DNA from: a virus
Taxonomy: Duplodnaviria; Heunggongvirae; Uroviricota; Caudoviricetes
IMG/VR virus record: IMGVR_UViG_2526164662_000053
DNA: 27,867 nucleotides
Direction: 5' to 3' (one strand)
This document shows positions 1 to 8,791 of the stretch, piece by piece. The notes below the pieces were generated by a model, which worked only from the letters and a program-made list of their open reading frames with translations, did no database searches and was not told the origin of the DNA. Numbering within the stretch: the first letter of the stretch is position 1; every line of letters starts with the position of its first letter. The position numbers and the translations under genes are program-made.

Positions 1-345
1 GTTATCAGTGATGATACGCAGACGACGGTAGGCCGGGTCGTTCAGCTGAGCCGGATCTTCACCGGGAAGACGCTCAACCGCCTGCTGGTAATTAAATTCG
101 TGTTTCGGCTTGACGTAGCCCGGACGTAACACGCGGGTTTCACCACCACGATGACGCAGCACTTTTCCTTCAACAACCGGGGAAACATAGGCCGCCACCG
201 GCGTTTTTCCGGTAATTTTGTCCAGCATCACCTCTTCGGTATGGAAATTCACCGTACGGCGGAAAAACAGCTCCAGAAACAGCGCACGAAATTTCACTTT
301 TTGTTCGGTATAACCGAGTAACTGGCGGGTCGTAAACAATCCCAT
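1..345 (-). CDS. E: major capsid protein (lambda gpE-like), N-terminal 115 codons; gene runs off the window start
   Basis: ATG at 345 with AAGGA about 9 nt upstream; translation MGLFTTRQLLGYTEQKVKF...GYVKPKHEF recalls the lambda E N-terminus; no stop before position 1. Confidence 0.8.
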   Translation of the reverse strand, partial: MGLFTTRQLLGYTEQKVKFRALFLELFFRRTVNFHTEEVMLDKITGKTPVAAYVSPVVEGKVLRHRGGETRVLRPGYVKPKHEFNYQQAVERLPGEDPAQLNDPAYRRLRIITDN

Positions 346-402
346 AAATCAGTTCCTTTCATTCAGAAATCAGTCAGGCCACCGCGGTGGCCTGATAACG
401 TG

Positions 403-750
403 TTACGGCAGCGCCGCGTGACTCAGGGCACTGCCGGCAAAGGCGTTGGCCTTTTTGTGTTCATCCACACTTTCAGGCCAGCGGATTGCCTCCGTCGCAA
501 AGGTCCCCGACTTGTAATAGGTCAGCGCCGTCTCTGTGCCTTCAAGCGGCAGTACCAGTATGCCAACCGCACTACCGGCTTTCTGTCCGTCCCAGACCAC
601 CAGTTTCCCGGTGGCCTCATCCAGCATCAGGGGCGTCAGTGCCGGTGTTGCCGAGGAAATCCCGCTGCTGCCTGTGGCGGTATGAGCCGGATCATTACCG
701 GCAAAAATACGTACTTCCGCACGCTGTTCAGTGATAGTTTTCGTCACCAT
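403..750 (-). CDS. D: head decoration protein (lambda gpD-like)
   Basis: 115 aa ORF; GNDPAHTATG...TPLMLD...VWDG...AVGIL...YKSGTF matches recalled gpD; sits between C and E as in lambda. Confidence 0.85.
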   Translation of the reverse strand: MVTKTITEQRAEVRIFAGNDPAHTATGSSGISSATPALTPLMLDEATGKLVVWDGQKAGSAVGILVLPLEGTETALTYYKSGTFATEAIRWPESVDEHKKANAFAGSALSHAALP

Positions 751-786
751 ATTGTAAAAACCTCCTGTTGATGGTCAGCACTGGCT

Positions 787-2292
787 TCATGGCATGGCCA
801 TGAGCATTTTCACGTCCGCATCACCGTCTGCTGACGTCTGTGGCACGCCACCCTGTACCGCTGCCGGTGAATGGTTCGCCATGATGCGTTCAAACATGGC
901 GGTTGTGGATGCAGAGACCGGTTCTGCCTTACCTGATCCCGCAGCCAGCACAGCCCGGGCGCTCTCCACAGTCATTCCCGGGCAGGCAGCCAGCTGTTCA
1001 GCCTGCGCCTCAGCCCCTTTTGCCTCATCCAGTGCCATGATCTGATCACGGAGTGAGGGTCCGGCATCCGCCTGCGGTGAAGCAGCCAGGATCGGGCGGG
1101 CTTTTTCCACCGTCATCTCCGGCATCGCCGCCAGCGTTGCCGCCAGTTGTTCACGACCTTTCGCTTCTTCACACGCCATAATGCGATCGGCTTCACTCTG
1201 CGCGGATGCCACCGGCTGCTGTGGTGCCGCCGCGGCCAGAATCGCCCGGGCCTGTTCAACGCTCATGCCCTGTTGTCCTGCCAGCATCGTGGCAAGCTGT
1301 TCACGTCCTTTCGCTTCCTGGCATGTCAGGATCCCCATCACTCGCTGGTTCTCCTGCGCGGCGGCTTCCGTTGCAGTTAATTGCGGCATAGTGCCTCCTC
1401 TGACATTACTGTTCAGCGCCGTGGCCATCACACTGATGGCATCCGACGCATTGATTAATTCATCCGCCAGCCCGGCCTCAATGCCGGACTGACCTTCAAA
1501 AACGGCGGCCTCTGTTCCCGTGACGGCATCAACAGACAGACCGGTATACATCGCTACTTTTTCAGCAAACATCCGGCGCGCCGCATCAATGCGCTGTTGC
1601 ATGTCCTGGCGAACCTCTGCCGGCAACGCTTCAAACTGATTGCCATCCACCTTGTGCGCCCCTGAGTAAATCAGCGTGATATCAACACCGGCCTGCGCCA
1701 GATGACCGGCATAGCTGACATGGCTCATCATCACGCCAATGGAGCCGATACGGGATGTCTGGGTAACCAGCCGTCGGGAGCAGGCCGACGCCAGCAGCAT
1801 GGCTGCAGAGCAGGCCGTGTCATTGCACAGTGCCCAGACCGGCTTCTGCTGACGGAGGCGGTAAATCATGTCAGCGCAGTCAAACGCGCCGGCGGCCTGC
1901 CCGCCCGGACTGTCAATGTCCAGCAGTACGCCCCGCACCTGGCTGTCCGCCATTGCCTGCTGAAGACAGGCGACAATGCCGTCATAGCCTGTCATTCCGG
2001 AAAATGGCCGCATACCCCCCAGCCGGTGCACCAGCGTGCCGGTCACCGGCAGTACAGCAATACCGTTCACCACCCGGTAAACACGGGCCGGTCGTTTACC
2101 TCCGGCCATGTACTCGTCCGTTTCAGCCAGCATTCCGGGAGCATCAAACTGTACCTGCTGTTGTGGTACCGAAAGACTTGATGCCCCCATCTCGCGCCCG
2201 AGCGCGCAAAAGAAAACCCGCGCATAGGCGGGCTCCAGAAGCAGCGGTTCATTGAATGCTGCGGCAATAATGTGTGAAAGATTACGTCTCAC
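787..2292 (-). CDS. C: head maturation protease / scaffold (lambda gpC-Nu3-like, S49 peptidase family)
   Basis: 501 aa; N-terminus NEPLLLEPAYARVFF and core VWALCNDTACSAA...GSIGVMM match recalled gpC; C-terminal third is the Nu3-like scaffold region. Confidence 0.85.
   Translation of the reverse strand: MRRNLSHIIAAAFNEPLLLEPAYARVFFCALGREMGASSLSVPQQQVQFDAPGMLAETDEYMAGGKRPARVYRVVNGIAVLPVTGTLVHRLGGMRPFSGMTGYDGIVACLQQAMADSQVRGVLLDIDSPGGQAAGAFDCADMIYRLRQQKPVWALCNDTACSAAMLLASACSRRLVTQTSRIGSIGVMMSHVSYAGHLAQAGVDITLIYSGAHKVDGNQFEALPAEVRQDMQQRIDAARRMFAEKVAMYTGLSVDAVTGTEAAVFEGQSGIEAGLADELINASDAISVMATALNSNVRGGTMPQLTATEAAAQENQRVMGILTCQEAKGREQLATMLAGQQGMSVEQARAILAAAAPQQPVASAQSEADRIMACEEAKGREQLAATLAAMPEMTVEKARPILAASPQADAGPSLRDQIMALDEAKGAEAQAEQLAACPGMTVESARAVLAAGSGKAEPVSASTTAMFERIMANHSPAAVQGGVPQTSADGDADVKMLMAMP
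880..1345. repeat. three tandem repeats of about 150 bp inside the C/Nu3 coding region
   Basis: Protein shows three consecutive units of about 50 aa (IM-x-EAKGREQLA...GMTVE-AR-ILAA); related DNA strings recur near 980-1040, 1141-1186 and 1290-1331. Confidence 0.6.
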
Positions 2293-3875
2293 GTGGTGTT
2301 GTCTCCTCTTCCGGCCTGCGACTCTCCGCTATCTGCTGCTCATACGCCTGCGCTATCCACACCGGACGTGAGAGTCCGGCTTTTTGTCGCTCAGCAGATT
2401 CCCTGACCTGCTGGCGGAAAATGTCCTGATAATCCTCGCCCATCAGCGCCAGCTCTTTCTCATACGTGCTCAGTCCGGCCTCAATGCGCATCACTGATTC
2501 CTGGACTTCCTTGAGCCCGTCAATGGCCATTCTTCCGGCTCCAATCCACTCTGCCCGTGACCAGGCTGATCGCGCCTGATAAAAATCAAAACGTGCCCGT
2601 GGCGGACGAATAATCCCCCGAAGAAGTGCCTCTTCCAGCCAGCAGGAAAACATCTGCGTGGCCAGCCGGGCCGCAATAAATTTTCGTCGTCCCATAAAAT
2701 AGCGCCACGACTCATTGGCGGAGGCGCGGGCACTTGAGTAACTGACCTTGAGTAATCACGGGACGAACTGTTCGTAGGAAACGCCAAGACCGGCGGCGAT
2801 ATACCGCAGCAACGCCTGTTCAAGCGCAGAAAATCCATTGTCTGAATCCTGCGCAGTCTGTAGTTTCAGATCATCACCAGGGAAAAGGTGCGGAATTTTG
2901 ACACCGCCCAGTGTCACGTTATTCGTGTCATACCAGCTGGAGAACTTCTCCAGAATATTAATAAGCGGATTATCTTTCTGCTCCTGTGGCGCGCCGGCGA
3001 TATATTCAAAGGCCTTTTCGGTATCAAGTTCACTTTCAATCGTCGCTGCATACATGGCTTTCACAATGGCCGACTGAAGCTGTGTTGCCTGCAGGGAATC
3101 CAGCATCTTCAGCCGTTCCATGACGCTGTAAAACTGATTAGCCCCACGGGTCTGCCCGTCCTCCACCGGCTCGAAAATATGCAGCATGGCCGGACGCCCG
3201 GTGGGTAGTTCACGCGGTATCCGTTCCCATCGTCCACTACCAGAGACGGAAAATCATCCTCACAGATATGGTACGCAACGGCACGGCCATATCGATCGAC
3301 CTCCACCCCGGCCCGCAGAAAACGGTTCCCTATACCGTGTCCTGGCGTGTCCACCCGTTTCGGACTCACGGCTTTAAAACGCGTACGAAACAGTTGCGTG
3401 CTCTCCGTATCCCAGACCGGCTGCACAAAGATTTCGCCGTTAAACGCATGAACGCCCACACCTTCACGGATAAATTCCGTAAACGTGCGTTTCCCTTCCA
3501 CGTCGATCTCGCCAGACATCCCTTCGGCGTATTCCGACCAGGCCGCCTCCACCTCATCGACAAAACTTTTTGCTGCAGTCTCCCGCATCCCCAGCCAGCG
3601 CCAGTTCGGACGGTAGCTGATCAGGAACATATGCCCGACAATATGATCCTTATGCAGTGCCACCGCATTTGGCCGCTATCCCGTTATTGCGCACCAGATC
3701 ATCTGCACGGGCATTGCCCAGACGCAACGCGGGCAACAGGGCCGCATCGGCACTCTGCGCCGGTGGCAACCACTCCGCCCATTTGCCCGCCAAATCCTGC
3801 ACCGCCCCCGTTGTAGCTGAGGCTCTCCCGAAGCGGAACACCGTTCACATCAATCAGGACAGGCGTTCGTTTCAT
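2282..3875 (-). pseudogene. B: portal protein (lambda gpB-like), interrupted by several frameshifts and an in-frame TGA
   Basis: ATG at 3875 overlaps the W stop (ATGA); portal similarity is split over ORFs 3650..3841, 3109..3663, 2756..3187 and 2282..2695; frame breaks near 3775-3785, 3668-3670 and 3205-3250; TGA at 2756-2758. Confidence 0.75.
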
Positions 3876-4081
3876 AACCTCACTCCCAGCGGACGACGGC
3901 GGCGGCTTGTTGTCCCCAGCACTGACTCCGCATCATTGATCGCCCGGTTAAGATCATCCAGAGAGGCCACCGTATATTCAATTCTTCGTCCATCTTTCTG
4001 GACAGACACCACCCGTTTACCGGTTAATAAATCAAGGCGCGCCTGACGCAGCGCCTGCAGTTCAGCGACGTAACCATTCAC
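3872..4081 (-). CDS. W: head-tail connector protein (lambda gpW-like)
   Basis: C-terminal 69 codons of ORF 3872..4609 (…LTGKRVVSVQKDGRRIEYTVASLDDL…) match recalled gpW; only in-frame start is GTG at 4081; no stop separates it from the terminase frame. Confidence 0.55.
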   Translation of the reverse strand: MNGYVAELQALRQARLDLLTGKRVVSVQKDGRRIEYTVASLDDLNRAINDAESVLGTTSRRRRPLGVRL

Positions 4082-5990
4082 TCCTCCGGACAGCTTCGCT
4101 GCCAGTTCTTTCAGGGTTGGCCGGGTCGTCTCTTCTTCCCGGGATTTTGCCAGTACAGCCAGATCAAGCTGCCAGCGTTGCACGGACACACGTAATGCCG
4201 CGTAGGCATACACCAGGCAGTCCAGCGCTTCGTTACGCCGCTTTTTGTTATCCCACAGCAGACGCATCTTTCCTTTTTCCCACTTCTCCACCAGCTCTTC
4301 CGCCACCAGTTGCTGCGCCTCTGTCTGCGAAAAAATCTCCGGATCATCAGGAAAACGGATGGCATACGACGTGGCTTCATCCGCAGGCGAGGGATCGGCT
4401 TTCATACGGGCATAGAGAATTTCTTTTGCGGTGTCCGTTCCCACTTCACACAGATACACGCCCCGCTGATTGCGGGTTTTTGCATGGTGATCACCGGCTT
4501 GCCATAGACAGATGCGCCTTTTACCGGCAGCACCCGGGAAAAAACCGTGTTTTTTTGTATCTCTGATAAACAATTTCACCATCGATCCCCCCGGTGTCCC
4601 AGCAGACACGGGAAATAGTCATTTCGGTGCCATCCGCATGGCGGTATTTTTTGTTGATCGCCGCATCCACACGTAACAGCGTCTCTTCCTCATCAGGACG
4701 CCCCATAATGATGATTTTATCCACCAGAAAGGCTTCCTCTCCCGGAGCCCATCCCCAGACATACATCTCAAAACGGTTTCGCTGCGAGTCAATGCCCGCC
4801 GTCAGATAAACCACCCGGGCAGGCACCGCCGCCGTGTAACGCACCACCTTATCCATCAGTACCTGGTGATCGAGTTTTTCGCCCACGGCCTCTTCCCAGG
4901 TCTCGCCCAGCGTGGTGTTCACAAAGGTTTTCAGGCCGTTGGGATCTTTCAGTGCATCCAGCCAGTCATAGACAATCTGTACCCAGGTGGTGAACGGACT
5001 GTACGCCGTCCAGATATGGAACGTGATGGAGCGCGGCGGCGGAATTTCATCACCCCGGGCGCTGAAAAACGTCAGACCGTCACGGGTCCACATGCCCGTG
5101 TTTTCACAGATCCACCGCCCGTTGCTCTGGTCCAGTTCAGACTGATGGATCACGCAGCCATGATGTTCACAGAGGTAGAAAACACTTTCAGGGCTGTCCT
5201 TCTCCCATTTAAGCCCAAAAGGCGTGGACTCATCGCCAAATTTCAGATACTGCTCCTCCCCACAGTGCGGGCAGGGCACATAAAAACGCATAAAATGCGC
5301 CGACTCGTTAGCGGCTTTTTCGATCTGGCAGGTGCCTTTGATTTTAGGCGTCGAGCCGCGAATGGATTTTGGCCACACCGACCCCTCAATACGCTTATCC
5401 CCCAGCAGGGTTGGCGAGCCCTCTTTTTCGACATCCGGCTCGAACGAGGAAAGTTCGTCATAGCAGACCACGTCCACGGATTTTTCACGGTAGTTTTTGG
5501 CGGCAGCGCCGCCCAGGCACCAGAAACCGACGCCCGATGAAAAGCGTTTCAGCGTGAGAGTATTGTCACGATGTTTACGCCCCAGCCATGGGGAAAGGTC
5601 TTTCAGGCATGGCACGTTCCGAATCGTCGCCTCCACGTGAGACTTCATAAAATCTTCAGCGGCAGAATCCGTGGGCTGAAAAAGCAGACTGTTTCGGGAT
5701 TTATGCTCAATAAAATACCCGACCACCCCCAGCAACATCTTTGTATAGCCAACACGGGCAGATTTAATCAGATTAACAGTGCGGATCTGATCATTCCCCA
5801 TGCTGTTCATGATGGCGATCTGGAATGGCAGCGTTTTCCATTCGCCCTCACCATATGAAGATTCTTTAGGCAGATAATAATTTTGATCAGCCCATTCAAC
5901 TGGCGTCACCGGCAATGCCCTTATCAGGGGCTGTAATGCAGTTGTGACAGCGCTCATCATATTATTCAGTTGTTGCTCTGATATATTCAT
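4082..5990 (-). pseudogene. A: terminase large subunit (lambda gpA-like), frameshifted
   Basis: ATG at 5990 (MNISEQQ…); strong gpA similarity through WDTGGIDGEIVYQRYKK, then three frame changes at runs 4549-4555 (T7), 4532-4537 (CCCGGG) and 4477-4481 (T5); C-terminal similarity resumes and runs into W. Confidence 0.75.
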
Positions 5991-6468
5991 CAAGTAAATC
6001 CGGTAATTTATCCCCTGCCCGCGCACACTGATTTGCCCCCTTAGCAATAAGGGTTTTCAGATGGTCAAGATGGCGCGGTGTTAAATCAGGAAACTGTCGC
6101 TGCATGGATAAAGGGATGGAATCAAGCGTACTGGATAACGCCATTGCCAGCTTACTGAGGGCAAAAATACAGAATCCGGTGTCAATAAGCTTACCTTCGG
6201 TTACCTGATTTTTAAGTTTTTGAGCTACGGCCTGTTCTTCTGTCAGTTCAGCTCTGGCCCGAAGCAGCCTTTCCTCCAGATCGCCCTCGTCATCAGGTAT
6301 TCTCTGATTGTGTTGTCGCCGCTCGCGATCTATCTCCAGTACAGTTTTAACGTCATAAAAAACTTCCCTCCCCCGACGCTCAACAGGAGGAACGCCCCAT
6401 TTATCAAATGCCTGAACAGATATACCGATGGAGGAGGCCATATCACTTTTATTCAATAAAAAGGCCAT
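5962..6468 (-). CDS. nu1: terminase small subunit (lambda Nu1-like)
   Basis: ATG at 6468 preceded by GGAGAGGAG; MAFLLNKSDMASSIGISVQAFDKWG…PLSMQRQFPDL aligns with recalled Nu1; 3' end overlaps terL start. Confidence 0.8.
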   Translation of the reverse strand: MAFLLNKSDMASSIGISVQAFDKWGVPPVERRGREVFYDVKTVLEIDRERRQHNQRIPDDEGDLEERLLRARAELTEEQAVAQKLKNQVTEGKLIDTGFCIFALSKLAMALSSTLDSIPLSMQRQFPDLTPRHLDHLKTLIAKGANQCARAGDKLPDLLDEYIRATTE

Positions 6469-6662
6469 CTCCTCTCCATAAGCCATCGATAAAAAGCGAT
6501 ACAACAACCATGTGTTTTTACAAAACCATTTGATATCATTGACATTTTTCGCATTGACGACATCAAAACACATCGTAAGGTTGTTGTATTTATTTTATTT
6601 TCACCTTACTTATCAATTAGATATACCAAACAATTAAACAACAACTCCCCCTCAAAAAATCT

Positions 6663-6726
6663 CATAAATAGCGAAAACCCGCGAGGTCGCCGCCCCGTAA
6701 CCTGTCGGATCGCCGGAAAGGACCCA
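6663..6726. other. cos site (cosN 12-mer at 6684-6695, adjacent lambda-like end sequences)
   Basis: cataaatagcgaaaacccgcgaggtcgccgccc is the reverse complement of the recalled lambda left end; following cgtaacctgtcggatcgccggaaaggaccc matches the lambda right end with one mismatch; about 190 bp upstream of Nu1. Confidence 0.8.
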
Positions 6727-6902
6727 CGAAAATGATAATAATTATCATCTACATGAGGTTTATCACGACATGTGTGTACGCCATCAAACCACGAGAAATA
6801 ATCAATTATTACGCAGGTATCGTATTAATTGATCTGCATCAAATTAGCGTAAAAGCAACTTCAGATAATACAAATCAGCAACACTGAATACGGGGCAACA
6901 TT

Positions 6903-7127
6903 ATGTCATCAAAGAACAGAACCCGCAGAACAACAACCCGCAACATCCGATTTCCAAACCAGATAATTGAACAAATTAACATCGCTCTTGACCTGAAAGG
7001 TTCAGGTAATTTTTCAGCGTGGGTTATTGAAGCCTGCAGAAGAAGATTAATTAATGAAAAATATTCTCAATTTGTACCCAACAAAGACAAACACGACCAG
7101 AGCACCTGTTCAGACAGGTTTACTTAA
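6903..7127 (+). CDS. small basic protein, YnfO/YlcI-family-like
   Basis: 74 aa ORF; MSSKNRTRRTTTRNIRFPNQIIEQINIALDLKGSGNFSAWVIEACRRRL resembles recalled Qin/DLP12 YnfO/YlcI; family assignment from memory. Confidence 0.55.
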   Translation: MSSKNRTRRTTTRNIRFPNQIIEQINIALDLKGSGNFSAWVIEACRRRLINEKYSQFVPNKDKHDQSTCSDRFT

Positions 7128-7145
7128 ACGACTTATATATGACAC

Positions 7146-7175
7146 AAAAAGCGACCACTAAAGTCGCTTTTTCTT
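7146..7175. terminator. bidirectional intrinsic terminator between convergent genes
   Basis: aaaaa-gcgac-cactaaa-gtcgc-ttttt: GC stem flanked by A-run and T-run. Confidence 0.5.
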
Positions 7176-7208
7176 ATGGTAACAGGCAATAACTCTCTCA
7201 GATATTTT

Positions 7209-7523
7209 TTAGCATTTTTTTGACCGCGCGTTTCCGGACGTATTCTGTTCTCCTGTCCCTTTATATCGTCGGAATACCCGCCGCTCTTCAAATCCCATTC
7301 CCAACTCAGAATGTAGTCTGTTGACCGCTTGTTTTATTTCGGTCAGGTTCACCGGTGAAACCGGAGTCCGGCGCGCCTTACGCAAACACTCTGCTCGTTT
7401 CTGTGCCGCCACTTTTCTTTTCTGGTCATCACTTAGCTGTACCATCACTTTTGCCCATCGTTCAGCTGCTCTCCGGTACAGTCCTTTTTTCTCCAGACAT
7501 TCTGCCACGTGATCATGTAGCAT
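7209..7523 (-). CDS. PerC-family-like transcriptional regulator
   Basis: 104 aa; ATG at 7523 with GGAGG 7 nt upstream; LEKKGLYRRAAERWAKVM resembles the conserved PerC/Pch motif as recalled. Confidence 0.5.
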   Translation of the reverse strand: MLHDHVAECLEKKGLYRRAAERWAKVMVQLSDDQKRKVAAQKRAECLRKARRTPVSPVNLTEIKQAVNRLHSELGMGFEERRVFRRYKGTGEQNTSGNARSKKC

Positions 7524-7988
7524 AAGTGACCTCCGATTATCTACAGACTGCCATCCTGAATTTACCTTCCCTTAATGAAATAACAATAAAAAACAAACCA
7601 CGCAAAAACAATAAAACAACACACAAAAAAAACTAAATAATAAACAAAAATAATCACCTTGTTTTATTATTTTTTGAGGGAGCAATTACTGAACAAAAAA
7701 CGCTGACTATATACTCAAAACCAAACAACTATTCTGCCAATCAGGTATCATGGCAACACACGGAATTACCGTGTTTTTGCCTTCTCTGCCCATACAATAC
7801 GGGCATATACTTCATTCTCTATTGTAATATTTCTATCCATGTGCCCCACTCCATTTACCTGTAAATAATATTCAAAATATTTATCACAGAAATCGTTTTT
7901 GGCCATGAACTGAGCACACTATAAAGTCCGGAACTGACTCTTTGTTAAATTACCTTAACGTTACCAGTAACACCTTCATAACAAAATA

Positions 7989-8456
7989 TCACGGTATACA
8001 CTGGGTACGGATATATTCCTGTGCTCCTTCCAGTTGCTTCTGCATTGCCATCAGCCGTTCTCTGAGGATGAAATAATCCCGTTCAGCGGTGTCTGCCAGT
8101 CGGGGGCCGGTTGCATTATCCACGCCGGAGGTGCCGGTGGCTTCACGCACGGTACCGGAGCAGGTGGCGTTGATCCGCAGGCGCTTACGACCAGCGGCAA
8201 CATCAGCACGCAGAGTTTCATTTTCAGCTCTCGCATCGGCTAATTCCCTCGAGTATCTGGCATCAAGTGCAGCGACATCACGCTGGCGTATCTGCATATC
8301 AGTAATTGTCGCGTTCGCCAGCTCCAGCTCACTGGCTTTTTTATCGCGCTGCTCTTTGTAGATGATGGCGTGATCACGGTAATGATTCAGCCCCAGACTA
8401 AGCGCACCACAGGCCACCAGCAGGACAATGATAACCACGCACAGAACACGGTTCAT
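7989..8456 (-). CDS. Rz: i-spanin (lambda Rz-like)
   Basis: Internal ATG at 8456; MNRVLCVVIIVLLVACG…NHYRDHAIIYKEQRDK…DMQIRQRDVAALD… matches recalled Rz. Confidence 0.85.
   Translation of the reverse strand: MNRVLCVVIIVLLVACGALSLGLNHYRDHAIIYKEQRDKKASELELANATITDMQIRQRDVAALDARYSRELADARAENETLRADVAAGRKRLRINATCSGTVREATGTSGVDNATGPRLADTAERDYFILRERLMAMQKQLEGAQEYIRTQCIP
8051..8236 (-). CDS. Rz1: o-spanin lipoprotein (Rz1-like), embedded in Rz in another frame
   Basis: 61 aa; lipobox LVVSAC followed by proline-rich CVKPPAPPAWIMQPAPDWQTPLNGII as in lambda Rz1. Confidence 0.8.
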   Translation of the reverse strand: MRELKMKLCVLMLPLVVSACGSTPPAPVPCVKPPAPPAWIMQPAPDWQTPLNGIISSSENG

Positions 8457-8457
8457 A

Positions 8458-8571
8458 TCACCACCAACGGATTGCCCAGACCAGAACAGCAATGGCCACA
8501 ATACGAATGGCAAAAGCTGCCGCTCTTGTTAAATCCAGACTGGCTGGCGTCTCCACTTCAATGCCTTTCAT
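8458..8571 (-). CDS. candidate 37-aa single-helix membrane peptide coupled to Rz
   Basis: ATG at 8571 with GAGG about 9 nt upstream; MKGIEVETPASLDLTRAAAFAIRIVAIAVLVWAIRWW; TGA ends 1 nt before the Rz ATG; below the 60-aa cutoff of the ORF track. Confidence 0.3.
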   Translation of the reverse strand: MKGIEVETPASLDLTRAAAFAIRIVAIAVLVWAIRWW

Positions 8572-8670
8572 AATGGACAACCTCAGAAAGAATCTTTTAT
8601 ACTTCCTCACAGGGAAAGTACCTCCCTACCCATAATTTCTCCCTTGCCTTGCTCAAGGTCAGAAAACACA

Positions 8671-8708
8671 AAACCCCGCTTGCTGCCAACAAACGGGGTT
8701 TTTACTTT
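8671..8708. terminator. intrinsic terminator hairpin between endolysin and Rz
   Basis: aaaccccg…cggggttttt stem flanked by A-rich and T-rich runs, so it could act on either strand. Confidence 0.45.
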
Positions 8709-8791
8709 TATTCACTTAGGTTTTACCAGTTTTCAGGATTTCGTGTTATCCACCCGCGTTGGCCAACGTCATTTTTCAGGAAAATATTCTG

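Noticed and set aside
3872-4609. 245-aa ORF as a single gene
   Set aside because: It is a composite: the terL C-terminal region (after a frameshift) fused in-frame to the gpW-like sequence, not one native protein.
400-5540. Plus-strand ORFs overlapping the head genes (for example 400..771, 794..1045, 1702..2181, 1830..2255, 3268..3816, 4117..4566, 4866..5540)
   Set aside because: They are antisense shadows of well-supported minus-strand genes in GC-rich DNA, with no start signals or recognisable products.
7989-8513. N-terminally extended Rz (174 aa) as listed in the ORF track
   Set aside because: Homology to Rz begins at the internal ATG at 8456, which has an SD-like sequence; the extension overlaps the coupled small ORF in another frame.
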